Source: Epithemia pelagica (lineage: Eukaryota > Protista > Bacillariophyta). From it: a stretch of DNA of 64,000 bases. The notes under the pieces are model-generated. The model was not told where the DNA came from, ran no database searches, and saw only the letters and a list, made by a program, of their open reading frames with translations. The translations under genes were made by a program, and so were the position numbers. The stretch is from contig OX337230.1 of assembly GCA_946965045.2 (NCBI GenBank), positions 2,108,001-2,172,000 of the forward strand, read 5' to 3'. Shown here one piece after another: positions 32,257 through 44,769 of the stretch; within the stretch, counting starts at the first letter, position 1, and every line of letters begins with the position of its first letter.

Positions 32257-35200
32257 ATGGCGATGAAATCGGATCAAAGTGTGATGGGAAACAATGGCGT
32301 TGGTCTTTCTCGTCCCAGTACACCTCTTCCTCAAACGGATGGCTTTCCAATGGCATCTCTTTCCAATGATGATGGCGATGCGATTGTTTTGGAAGGCAAG
32401 TGTCTGTCTCTGTTGCAAAAATATTCGTTGAGTTGCGGAGATACTCACAGATTTTTGTTTCATCCACTTTGCAGACTATCTTTTTAAGCAAGGATCCCGG
32501 TCGCGCAACTTTTGGCACGAGCGTTACTTTGTCCTGACCGTCGATGGAACTCTGCGTTTTTACAATAAAAAAGGTGATGTGAGACCCAAAGCCAGGATCT
32601 GTTTGAATCAATTACCAGAGTGCGAAGTGAGTGACTTGTATGTCGCCAAACAAAAGAACCAGATGCTGTATTGCATCAAGGTGACCTGGAGTGTGTCTGC
32701 GGACGATGACAATGTCTCGGTGTTTTCGGTTCCCACAGTGGCCTTGCAAAACGACGAAACTGAAAACAATGATGCCGCTGTGGCGTCGGCCGTTGCAGCA
32801 CTTCCGAATGATGAGAATGATAGGAAAAGCAAGCGAAGTATTTTTCGGAAAATGAGCAAGAAAAAGTCAACGTCTTTTGGAGCTTCCTTGTCCAGCAACG
32901 TGGCAGCTTCTCAACCAAACTTGGTGGTGAATACCAATCGGGAAGAAACACCAGCACGCTCCAGCTTCAACTTTAACTTCCCGGCCGTCACCCCTCGAAC
33001 ACCGACCCGGTCGACGGCCATGAAGGAAAAAGGAGGATCGCGTCCCAGCACCCCTGGTCAACGCAGCATTGATGGCGAAAGTTTGACCGTCGGAACCAGA
33101 ATGCGGCCAACCATGCCGCTGTATTCGTCGACTCCTGCTGTGGAGGAAGTAGATGAAATGCCACGTATTCCAGCCATGGTGGAAGTGCAAGAAGAGCACA
33201 CCACCACCAACAACATTGATGCGGACGCTGAATCGGTGACGGTTCGCGCGTCGAACTTTGGACGCGCAACACTCAAAACGCACGAAGATACAATTGATGA
33301 TGAAATGGAATTTTTGCGATCGCAATATATTGCCGAAGAAAAGGAAAAGAAACGCCTCACCAAGAGAAAAGTGGCCGAAGGTGCCAAATATGCTGCGGCC
33401 GCCGGGGCAGCGGTCGGTGTTGCGGTTGTCACTGTTGGTATCGGGCTAGTGGCTGGATTGGTGGCATTGGGTGTCGGTGCAGCTGCCGGAGCCTCTGGAA
33501 CTGCAACTGGAGCTGTTTGGAAAAAGAAACGAGATGGCCTTGTCGTGATTGGTACCGCGGATTATGACAAAATGCGGAGATGGAAGACCTGTCTGGATGC
33601 CTCTCTCGCTTCATCCATGATTCAAAACTCAAAGTGGGGACAATTGTTTACTGGTGATGGAAGCAACAAACGCCGAATGCTCATTTTCCCCAAAAATGAA
33701 TACAGTAGACAGACCGCAGGTGGTCCTGGAGATGTTCCCTCTCCCGACACGGGCTCACCTCGCGAATCTGCTGGTGCCATGTTCTCGGAACGAACAGCAG
33801 CAGCTAAATGGAGGCCGTTGGAAGGTGGATGGACTTCGTTCTTGGGAACGGGGTCTCAAGGTTTGCGTATCATGAGGGAGGAACAACCTCCATCGGACCG
33901 ACCGCGTCGTTTCTTGAGGAATTTGTCAGTAGATGGCCAACCCTGTCCTGCCATGAAGGCTCATTTGGTGCTCGAGGCAACGCCACTGGATGCCTTCCTT
34001 TGTCTCATGTCACAAGGACAACTTCCTCCGGAATCTTCCTCGGGCCCCTCGTCTCTGACGCCTAATTCAGGACAACGTGCTTCCTTCCGAATTATTGAGA
34101 GCATTGATGACAACACGGATGTTATTCACATGGTGTGTAGTCCCTTGTATCTCTTTCCGTCCTGGACCAGTCCCAGGGACTTTTGTCTGTATCGATACTG
34201 GCGTTTGGAAGAAGATGGCAATTTTATTGTGTGTTTTGAATCCGTCCAGCATAAGGACTGCCCCCCGTACCCAGGATACTGCCGGGGAATCATGCACCAG
34301 GTCTTTACCTTGTCTCCGAACAAAAAGTCGCAGCGTCGCAAAGTTGGTGCCTCCTCGACGAGAGACCAGATGCAGGAATGCCTCATGACGGCAGTCGTTC
34401 AAGTTGACCCAAAAGGCTGGGTTCCTGTTGCCCCTGTGAGTTTCTTCTCTAGCCAAGGCTATGGTGATGCATTTGCGGTAGCTGCCTTAATGCAGTTACT
34501 GGACATTCGTGATGCAATCGACCAAGACAGGTTCATTCCGGTTTCTCTCGATGATAGTCTGCCGTTTTCTCGCACTCCCGGCGCGGTGGCAGAGAAATCT
34601 CTTCCCGGTGGAGCAGTTGGAATTCCCCATATTGATTCCATGGGGTCGGATGGCGATTATCATGAACATTTGGTGAATTACGATTTTGCATTTGCCAATC
34701 GGGAAACAATTCGCCCCGATGATTCTCCGACTGGTTTGGCGACCACTCCACCCGCGCTCCCAGCGGAACGATGGGCCGAACCGGATTCCAATTCTTTTCG
34801 TGTTCGCGGCCGCAATTACAAAGAAGACCGCAAGAAAATTAATGCTGGAGCTAGTATTGGTCGGTTGGTGGCAGTGGATGTTGTAGAGGTGGACAAGCCT
34901 ATTTACTCTGGTTTTACCACTCACCCGACTGAACGTGTGCAGTTAGCCCTCAAGAAGGAAAAATTACTCAAGGAAAAAGGAGAGAGCGATATGCCTCCGT
35001 TTCTATTTGTTGTGAATATTGTTTTACCTGGCCCACCATTCTACCATGGTGTGTTTTACTATGCCATTGATGACATGAGTACCATTGACGGTTCGGATGG
35101 TTCGCCGTCATCTTTGTTGTGCAAGAAATTCTTCTTTGGAGACAGTGATTCTTTCCGTGATAAGACTTTCAAGCTCATTCCGCAGATCGTCGAAGGTAAC

Positions 35201-35530
35201 TTTATCGTGAGAAAGGCTGTGGGAAGTACGCCTGCGATTATTGGCAAAAAGTTGAAGCAGACGTATGTTAGTACCGAACGAAGTTTCGAGGTTGTCTTAG
35301 ATTGCGGAAGCAGTCCTGTCGCCACTGGAGTTATTCGCCTTTCGCTCGGTTATGCCAAGACACTGGTTGTTGATATGGGTTTCTTGTTCGAAGGCAACGA
35401 TGATGGTCATCTGCCTGAACGTCTTTTCGGATGCGCACGTATCCGACAATTGGAATTTGGTCCTTGGCTTCGTAAAGTCGAGAATGTCGCCATCGAAGAA
35501 CCCAACTCGGCACCAGAAAATGCCAATTGA
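32257..35530 (+). CDS. PH + START + EDR2 C-terminal (DUF1336) lipid-binding protein; probable GC-AG intron 32396-32474
   Basis: After splicing: VLEDYLFKQGSRSRNFWHERYFVLTVDGTLRFY (PH). Also RDFCLYRYWRLEEDG and VQVDPKGW (START), and FRVRGRNYKEDRKK, FKLIPQIVEGNFIVRKAVGSTPAIIG and LPERLFG (EDR2_C). Confidence 0.9.
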
Positions 35531-35836
35531 AGAAAGGGCACGACCTTCCCTTTGCATGGCTGGCTTTATACGTCGATTATATGTTTTGTATGTTTCTCGT
35601 GTTTCATTGTGACTTATGTTCTCTGTTTGCACTGTCTTTGGTGCAAACCCTCGGTATCCTTGCTGGACCCTAAATATGGTCAAGGTAAAAGAAGTGTTTA
35701 TGTTTACGCGGTTTGGAATAGAAGCAAGTTTTTATAATATAATGGATGCAATATATGCTTCATCTTTCTCCCAAAGCAGGCGACAAGGAGGTCGAGAACA
35801 GCAGTCGACTTCGCTCCTATGGCAGCTTCGCGTCGA

Positions 35837-36550
35837 TCAGGAATGTTTATGTTTTTGTTGCTTGAGTAACCCCAGAGATCGTACTACCCATCCCATCGCT
35901 GATAGTATAGGTCGGTACACAAACCTTAGAATGGTTGGCTGAATGCGGTATACTTCTACCAAGTGAGTCTGGCTATCGCCAGAAGATACCACATCACTTG
36001 ATTCCTTAAGCTCATGGCCTAAATGAATCATCATGACTGACAACAACCCTCCAAAATTGTATTCGAAGCGTCTCTTGACAAAAAAGTTTGTCGTCGCGGA
36101 TGATAACCCTTGTGCTTTGGCAATGTAGTCAAACACACCTGGTTGAATCACCAGGTCAGGATTGGATTCAGCAGTAACACGGCGGTTCGAGGATGCAATC
36201 GTTTCTCGTTTTTCTCGTCCAACCAAAAACTTGGTGAGACCCAAGCATGTCATCAATCCGGTAAACGTTACCAGTACCAAGGCATAATAGGAGCTCGTGG
36301 TGAGGGATAAACTGCAGTCATAGGAACGGATCCGAGATTCCAAGTTCGTCGTTGTCGGCGATACAGTCCCATAATCGTTGGGCATGAACAGCACCGTCCC
36401 ACCGCGAAATTCATTCACACAGTGTCTTGCGGTGGATGGTCGACAAAGCATTCCATGAAAGTTCACAAAGTCTTGCAAACTTGCAGCAGCCACACGACCG
36501 TTGTTGTTGCAACATTCGTCGTTTGAGCAACAGCTGCCTTGAGTCAGCAT
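35837..36550 (-). CDS. Hypothetical membrane protein
   Basis: 237-aa ORF with a hydrophobic segment (YYALVLVTFTGLMTCLGLT). Start uncertain and no domain recognised. Confidence 0.45.
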   Translation of the reverse strand: MLTQGSCCSNDECCNNNGRVAAASLQDFVNFHGMLCRPSTARHCVNEFRGGTVLFMPNDYGTVSPTTTNLESRIRSYDCSLSLTTSSYYALVLVTFTGLMTCLGLTKFLVGREKRETIASSNRRVTAESNPDLVIQPGVFDYIAKAQGLSSATTNFFVKRRFEYNFGGLLSVMMIHLGHELKESSDVVSSGDSQTHLVEVYRIQPTILRFVYRPILSAMGWVVRSLGLLKQQKHKHS

Positions 36551-37140
36551 GGTCGTCTTCTTTCTCCTGAGAATCCACCATCATGTCGTCCACTTTGGTC
36601 GGCCTCAGGATCATGGGGATCACGGGAATCGGGCAGTGATGTCAGCAAAACAAGTGGATGACGTCATATATCGGATGATAAATGTCTCCGGACACTGTCT
36701 ACGATTCGTATCTTCCCTTACTATCACATAAAAAGTACTGAATGATGTCGTGTTGTAGTCTCATTCGAATCAAGACCAATGCATCATGCATCATCTGCAT
36801 TCGGTCCAAGAGACACGTCGGATCGACCACAATCGAGTGAGAGACACGTCATTCTCCTTCGCTGCGGCAATCGGCAATCGAGAAAAACATTCATTTTGCT
36901 GGAAGGCATTCCGGTCTGAGTAGGTTTGTTCCGAACATGCCACAGCAGAGGTCGACCCCAAAGAGAGAGAGAGAGAACCAACATCCATGGAGTATTTGAA
37001 ATTGAGGACAATATTGAGTCTTTTGTAGGTAGAGCTATTTCGAAAGCAGAAGGAGAATACATTACTGCAAGCAGAATATGCAGCATGGAAGGCTGCATCA
37101 CGATGACGACGAGAAGACCCTTCGGCGCACTGGTTCATCC

Positions 37141-39070
37141 ATGACAAATGGATTGGAAAGTGCTCATGAGAGGCATTCTGTCGTGGATCCTTTGGAAGAA
37201 GATCTGTCTCAGATATCGGAGGGATCAGACGGATCCTCTAAAGAGAAAGAGAGAGGCACATCGCAACTATCGACTCGAAGGGGAATTGTGTCTGTAACAG
37301 CCGCCTTGTGCATTTGTATGATGGCTCATTCCTACCTCTTAATATCTGTATTCCCATATTCTGGCTATATGGCGGTAAAGCTTGTGCCTTCTTTAAACGA
37401 AGATACGGCAGGTCCGTACGCAGGAATTCTCGCGTCTGCCCTCATGGTGGGCAGAGCCATAACGGCATATGGATGGGGGAAAGTGGCTGATTCTTATGGG
37501 AGAACGACAGTACTCTGCATTTCTCTTGCAATGGCATCTCTCCTATCCTTATTATTTGGCTTCTCGCCTACATTCAGATGCGCGGTGGCGCTCCGTTTCT
37601 GTTTGTAAGTGGTGGCTCGTTTTGCGTTTTTATTGGACTTTTCCTTCCCTTCTCACGTCGTTTGACACACCTGCGATATGGCATTTCATCTTTCTCATAT
37701 TTCGATACCACAGAGGGATGTCGAATGGCATTTTGGGAACATTGCGAACGACCGTGTCGGAAATAGCACAGGGAGACGAAAAGATGGAAACTCGCATTAT
37801 GATGATTGTCATGGGCATGTGGTCCTGGGGATTTTTAATTTCACCCGCAATTTCGGGAGCCCTATCTGATCCACTGAGGCAATATCCGAATTCCAAATTG
37901 TTTTCATCAACGCAGTTCAATGACGATGGGACTAGCAACAGCAATTGGTGGCTGCAGTCACTCATGTCCCGTTTCCCCTTTTTGTTACCCAATCTGCTGG
38001 GTTCCATCTTGTGTTTCGTGGCCTTTTGGTTTGTTATTGCTTTTGTCAAAGAAACTCTCCCAGCATACGAAAATTCCAGTGCGTGGCAAATGCTGTGCAA
38101 CTTTCTCAAAATCATCTTTCGATCGCGGCGGACAAAAGAATACAAACGCCTTGATGAAACGACCGACGTGGAGTCTCTGGAGGAAGGGAGAAACCGCGCT
38201 GGCGTTGATGACGAAACCAATGCAAAGGACTCTGCGAATAGACCCACCGGAGACGGAATTGAAATGAAATGTGTCAACGGTTCAAGAGAGAACAATCTAT
38301 CGCAGGATGCTCTGGAGGTCATCAAAGACCCTCAAAGCATTGATCGAGAAAAGGCCACCATGCTTTCTATATTGGCTCGCTCCGATACGCGGACCTATCT
38401 CTTTGTGTATTGGGCTGCCTCCTTTGTGAGCGTTGCCTTTAACGAGATATTTCCACTTTTTTGCATGTCCCGAGTGGCAGGCTTGTCTCTGGATGAAAGA
38501 CATATTGGGCAAATCATGTCTTTTTGCGGACTTATATTTGCTGTATGCCAGTATTGTGCACAATCTGTCGCCTACAACAAGTTTGGTTTGCTGGGATCGA
38601 TTCGAGTGGGTGCCATGGTCGGTTCCCCTTTGATTTTCTTGGTTCCACTTTCTCTTCTCCTCAATCGACGATCCGAGGTGGGGCAAATCGGTATCCAGAC
38701 CATGATTTTTCTGGCATTTGTTCTGGCACTGAATCGGATTTGCGTCATGATCTTCTACTCCAACGTGGCCGTGGCAATGAATCGCTCTGTACCGTCTGGT
38801 CACCGTGCAACCGCTCAAGGCGTGTGCGGTATGGGGGAGAATATTGCCAAGGGCCTTGGTCCACCATTTGCTGGTTTCCTTACATCCGCAGCTGTTCGAC
38901 TACTCGGGAAGAACGGGTCATTACTGACCTTTGGAACGGTCGGCTCGATTGGCACGCTTTTCGCCCTTTGCACACTGGTTTTCCTTCGCGAACAAGCAAC
39001 TGCAACCTCCAGCATGGAAGATAGCAGTACAGTGGATACATCAATCGACGAGCTTGAAGACAATCGATGA
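37141..39070 (+). CDS. MFS transporter, ZIF/ZIFL-like (12 TM); 2 exons (intron 37605-37713)
   Basis: SVFPYSGYM, YAGILASALMVGR, WGKVADSYGR (motif A) and FPFLLPNLLGS. A 109-nt GTAAGT...ACAG intron gives RFCL-GMSNGILG. Confidence 0.92.
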
Positions 39071-39273
39071 CATTGACCAAACGATCCCAATTCAATTTAG
39101 ACGCATTTGTACAGAGAAGCTCCGCTATGATGAGCAAACATAGAATAACCAAAAGGAATACATTTATAAACCAAACTTCAATATTATATTGAAAGTACAT
39201 CAGCAATTATTCTTAAAATGGAAAACCTTATTTCTCCAGCAAGAGCCAGAGATGTTTCGGATCACGAATGCAC

Positions 39274-42200
39274 TCAGTGAACAATGTCTTTCAACCAATC
39301 AGCCATATCATGCGTGGATTTAAGGTGAGGCAACAGTACATCCTTGTAGAGAGGTTGGAGATCTCGAAGAGCTCTTTCGGATGTCCAAAGGACAGCGTCG
39401 CTGACTGGAATGCGATGATCGTCGCAAAACTTATCTCTGTCGATACATAACGTGTCCATGCAATGTTCTACCAAATGCTTCTCGTCGACCTTATCACGTG
39501 GAATCTTATTATAAAACTTGTTACGTAGGCACGTATCAACATGACTCAGGATCATTCGAACCTTGCAGCATCCTCGTACCTTCTCCAGCAGCTCTTCCGC
39601 TAAGAAGCACCTGCTATTTAGTTTTGTGAAAAACAAAATGCAGTCCAACGACGGGAGCATCGCAGTGAGATTTGAAACATCAGACCCAGCAAAACGATCG
39701 TTACCATTCATGCCAGGGAAATCCAACAAATTGGCGTAAGTCACAGAGCCATCTTCTGAAATGACTTTAAAAAGATGGTTTCTTTCTTGCGATGTTCTTT
39801 CTTCGTATCCCAATCAAGAAGCATCGGAAACAAATGTGGTTTTCCCGCTTCCGGGTTCACCAACAACTGCAATGGTGTATGTTCTTTTCTGCACCAGACG
39901 ACGCCGAAGCGAAATGATTGGACTGATGTACCCTCGAACAAAAGATATCAGTTTTGTGCGATGGCAGGATCGAACACATTTTAGAGTCTCGTTCTGCACT
40001 GTATCTTTCCACTGTCGATTGGAAATATCGGTGTAAACAGATTCCAGAAAAAGTTCCTCCTGTTCCTTCAAACTGAATCATGCACTTCTTGCAGCATTGA
40101 GAGAACGAACCTCTCTGCAATCGCCGTCGACGCGTGGACATTGCAGTGGTTCCCACTCAGAAGTGTTACCAAGTAATGAATGGCACCAGACACGACAAGA
40201 GTAGATCCAGTAACGTCTGCTGCAATAGCGCACAATCCAGCTGAGGTCGTTTGCAAAAAGACCTCTAGAGTAGCTGCCTCTAGAGTACTTGCACTAGAAG
40301 CGAACGCAGGTCCAAATGTTATAACGAGTCCAACAGCAAGGGCCTACGAGCCAAACCCTGCAAGAGTCATGACAGATGCTCTACTTGTCCTCGTCTTTCT
40401 TTCCTCTTGCAAAGTTTCGTGGAAGATTCTGCGAAACCGAGAAAGGACGACGTACGTCATTGCGGCTTCAAAACGATACATCTCGGACGTTACTCTTGTC
40501 GCTGAGATATTGTCTGAGAGAAAGCCACTAGTTGATGGCATAATGAAATCAGGTTGAGCGACTTGACTTTTGGAACCGATGAATGGCCTTGATAAAAGAC
40601 CAAAAACAGGCCTTGAAGACCCATCAAATCTGGATGTCACAGCAATAACATCAAATCTCTTGTTCTGTTGCCATGCTTGTATCATAGAAAAAGTCAATGC
40701 AGTGACAACCGCGGACCGATCCATTCCGGGCAATTCGAGAACACGAAAAATCTGCTTAAGATCTTTCTCTTGGACTTTGTCCAGTCTTGACTCCATCAAG
40801 AAGTCATCTATCATTTTCACTATCGCCATCATTTCTTGATCAAACGCCCCGTTTCCATTTTGAACCTCACCCGTGGACGTACCGATTCCATCCCCTCTCG
40901 AATGTGATCTACTGTGTAGGGGACTGGAAAGTAGTTTGAGAGCTCGAACATGAGCCAATAGATCAATAATGGAACCGTTTTCAATTTTGCTCGTCCGGTC
41001 TTCAAACCACTCGCTTTTGACCTCGATTTCCTTCATGATGATGGAAGACGTCATAGTTGATCGGAAAGACACTTGAAGCTTCCGATACTTGTCTATGGGG
41101 ATCTCGGTAATATCAAAATAGTAGGATAATGAAGTTGAAGAGAGTGAAAGCAAATGCGCTCCTGTCACAGCATGTCCATCAAGGAGTACGTCTGATGCCT
41201 GAAGAGGGGAAACCAAACCAAGACGATGACCGAGGATCTCAAACCTAATCTTACCGTCTTCAAAACCTGCTCTCATGACATCGGAAAGACAAAGTGACCA
41301 TATATTTTTGATGCACAAAGCCTCATACGGGATCCCTACATAGCCATGTTCATCGTTCGAAGCCTCCAACCTGTATTGAGATTCCATCACTCCAGCTTTC
41401 TTGATATGACTAAGATAATTCTTCATGGAGTGAATCTGATGTATTGATTCAAGGTTCAGCCGAGTACAGACATCGAGAGGCTTCACCAAGACGTTGCTTC
41501 CTGACTCGCGATAACGTTTTGTGGAAGACGTAATGTCAAGAACAGAACCAACGGGGGCAAACTTCATTCCACTCTTCATGGCTCCTTCAGCAAAAGAGGT
41601 TATCTTCTCCTGAGATATTCCCGGAAGAATTCTGGATACATTGTCCTTGAGCCTGTCCTTTTCTTCCTCTGAATCACCGTGATTCATCATCATAACCCGG
41701 AGAATCGTATCATCAGGGTCGATCCAATGCTCAAACGCCAAGGAATCACCAATGTTGATCAAGGCGTCAGCAAATTGTTCACTCGCGAACAACGGTGCAC
41801 CAAAGGTATAGCAGACGATGCGATCCCTCCAGAACGAAGCCTTTTTGAGAAGAATGGATGTCGCAATACTCGCAATACTTCCTCCGCCGCAAAAGCCGCA
41901 AAATACGATACGTTTGCTGGCTGCACCGTGTTCAGTCTGAAGTTCAAAGAGCGGCAAGAGCTCCGCCATACAAAGACAAGCGCTGTGGACTGGGCCATAA
42001 CCGATCAATTTCGCAAAGCCCTTGGGGACAGCCATGTTGAAGTCATTCCATTTCTCATCCTCAAGGTCCACTTTGTTCGACACAGCGAGATACACGGTAT
42101 TTCGATCATTGTCAGCGGCAATGCCATAACGAAAGGAAGAGCAAGTTTGAATGCAAGAGACAGCAAAACCGTCAATCGAGCAGTAGTTGTTGTGTTCGCG

Positions 42201-42299
42201 AAGAAATTTGATTGGGTCGCTTTCATCGATGGCTTGCGATAACAGAGCCGCATTGACCCTCTCATAGTCGTGGTGCTGCCATTTCAATGATCCGGACAT
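39274..42299 (-). pseudogene. Lipase_3-like alpha/beta-hydrolase domain fused to a hydrophobic segment and a C-terminal P-loop GTPase-like domain (about 1000 codons); two nonsense codons and one frameshift
   Basis: IVFCGFCGGGSIA and CYTFGAP (lipase class 3 elbow). VVGEPGSGKTT, LLDFPG and ILSHVD (G1/G3/G4-like). TAG 40344-40346, frameshift in a T-run near 40070 and TGA 39814-39816 separate otherwise continuous frames. Confidence 0.7.
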
Positions 42300-42992
42300 G
42301 GTCGAATCGATTTTTTATGATTAGAGGAAAGGCAAGATTATGAGTTCGTGAACCGACGAACCAGTGGTAAAGTCCGATGAAGTAACTCTGAGTTGCGAGG
42401 AACAACCCCATGCTTGTCGCAAGAACATGCAGCTCGCAATGTCACGACCGTTCATGTGTGTTGATTCCCGTTCGAATGAAATCGTTTTTGTTCTTGTTCT
42501 CTCATTGAGGTATCACGGGAAGCGGATCACACAACAGTGCGATAGAGTTTCCTTGGGAGTGTCTCATCACAATACATTCCGATTCTGGCCATGACATTCG
42601 TCAAACAGTGCGATTGATTTTCGGTGGGTATCTCGTCCATAGGCATGATTAGTTCAGGTCACTGCTAACAGTGCGATAGAATTGTGCTGTCCTTCGTCAT
42701 CTTTTGTCATGCGTCCACGAAAACTGTAACGCGACCTATCCACGACTAAGATGAAGTTTAATCGCGCATGTAGACTCAATAGCAGTCCCGCCCATCCTTC
42801 CATGACGTGAGGAGTCCCGTAGCTGGCAGTGTACTTCTCGTCCCGATCACGGTCTGATGGAGAGGTGAACCCACGTCAGCTTCTAACACAGAAATACATC
42901 TGTATCCTTCAAGTTGGGACTTGCTTTTGGCTCTTTGCTGTCATTTGATTAACTTCTTCGACTTGGCATCTCACAGTCCCATCATTTGGAGA

Positions 42993-44343
42993 CTACCTCG
43001 ACCAACGATATAACAAAACTTGACACCCACAAAATTATAGTACTGAACTTGAACACAGTAACCAGACGAGAGCTCAGAGGTCATCAGTCGCCACTGAGAT
43101 CTCAGCAAGAGAGTATGCATGCGTTCTGACTCTCACAAAGGCAATCAGCGTAGGTCTTCCTAAACAGCAACAAAGATTGCACCCTCAATGACCAACAGTG
43201 ATCAGACGATGCACCAATAAAGACATCACCAACACAGGAAAAGGGTCTTCATGCCTCATCCGGTTCTGATTGTGTCGCTTCAACCATTTCAATCGATATA
43301 TCTTTGTGACATTCATGCTCAGGGTTCTTTCAAGTACAACACCGATGCAATAGCTACCAATGACGCTACAAAACCCACAGAGCCAAACATGAGGAGAGAA
43401 CCAAACTTGCCCAGCACCGCAACCGAGAGTGTTGCCGTAACTCCAGCAAATGACGGCCCCAAACCTTTGGCAACACTAGATCCAAGTATTGACAATCCGT
43501 TCAAAGCTGCTCTGGAGTCTGTAGAAACTGTGCGGTTGATGGCAACTGAAATGTTGGCAAAGAAGACAAGCAGAACTGTTTTGGAGAGAGCCAGAACAAT
43601 GCACAAATATGCAAAGGTAAACGGTGAAATGGCATCTTGATCATCCTTGTCGCTGGGAGAGTAGCCTCGATTGATGAGAAGCGAAACCGGAACCAAAAAC
43701 ACCATGGGTGCGCACAAGATCGCACCAGTTCGAATGGATCCATAGAGACCAAGTTGATTGTAGACAAAGGTCTGGATAAAATACTGGCTGACAGCGAATA
43801 TAATGCCACTCGTCGATAGAATTTGTCCAATCTTTCTCTCAGACAAACCAAATCCTAGGGATAAGAAAAATGAATAAGTGGGTAAGATAAGTATGATTCC
43901 ACGCCTCTTGTTCTTTCAGGTAAACGACCATGTTTGCCTTTTGTGTTAAAAAATAGAACCAAAGCCATGCACTTACCGGCAGTCGTTGAGATGCAAAATA
44001 GAGGAAACATTTCATCGATCGCCATGGTCACAAAGGACTGACCGCAATAAACCAACAAACAAGAAAGAGTCTGACGTCGCTTCATGAGACTCCAAATAGA
44101 TGTCTCTTCTTGTTGATCATGTTCGCGAGACCAGGGAAACTTGCTCCATTTTCATCGAGTCCTCTGCCCGCATACTTCGAGAGTCCGACATCTTACACTT
44201 CCTGCTGTCTTAGCGTTGTCCTGCTGTTCATGTTTGCTCATCATCTGTTTCTATGTGTTGGCCATGGTTCATTAACAAATAATGAACACAGATGCACACG
44301 CACACAAATGGGTGTTCTTAAATGCGACTGCGGAGGACTGACG
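42993..44343. repeat. Tandem segmental duplicate of 44375-46786 with two internal deletions
   Basis: High identity to 44375-44391, 44529-45641 and 46588-46786. The segments 44392-44528 and about 45642-46587 are missing. Confidence 0.9.
43249..44241 (-). pseudogene. Internally deleted MFS transporter pseudogene (5' 40 codons joined to TM7-12)
   Basis: Paralog of 44770-46709 with the same intron. It has a 1-nt deletion in the first exon, a roughly 950-bp deletion removing TM1-6 and a 2-nt deletion giving YLKEP*. Confidence 0.88.
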
Positions 44344-44769
44344 GTTTGACGGTGATGGCAAATTTGACTACCTCCTACCTCGACCAACGATTTGGGTAAC
44401 ATAGCCAATATCCTATTTGCACCCACTTTAGGAATAAACGGAATGCAACCGAGAGGGTTCTGAGAAGATTATTTTCTCTACTTGTTGACCCCAAAGTGAA
44501 AATAGCCTGGCACTCTCTGCCATTGCGGATAACAAAACTTGACACCCATAAAATCATAGCAGTAAGCTTAAACACAGTGACCAGACGAGAGCTCAGAGGT
44601 CATCAGAATCGCCGCTAAGACTTCAGCAAGAGAGTATGCATGCGTTCTGACTCTCACAAGGGCAATTAGCGTAAGTTTGCCTGAACAGCAACAACGATTA
44701 CACCCTCAATGATCAGCAGTGACAAGACCATGCACCAATAAAGACATCACCAACACGGGAAAAGGGTCT

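Noticed and set aside
36784-37147. Minus-strand ORFs of 105-118 aa upstream of the first MFS gene
   Set aside because: They overlap the divergent promoter region, include a GA microsatellite and show no protein-like signal.
42790-42885. Two TGACGT (bZIP/aureochrome-type) sites upstream of the lipase-GTPase pseudogene
   Set aside because: A hexamer at this frequency is expected by chance and there is no supporting context.
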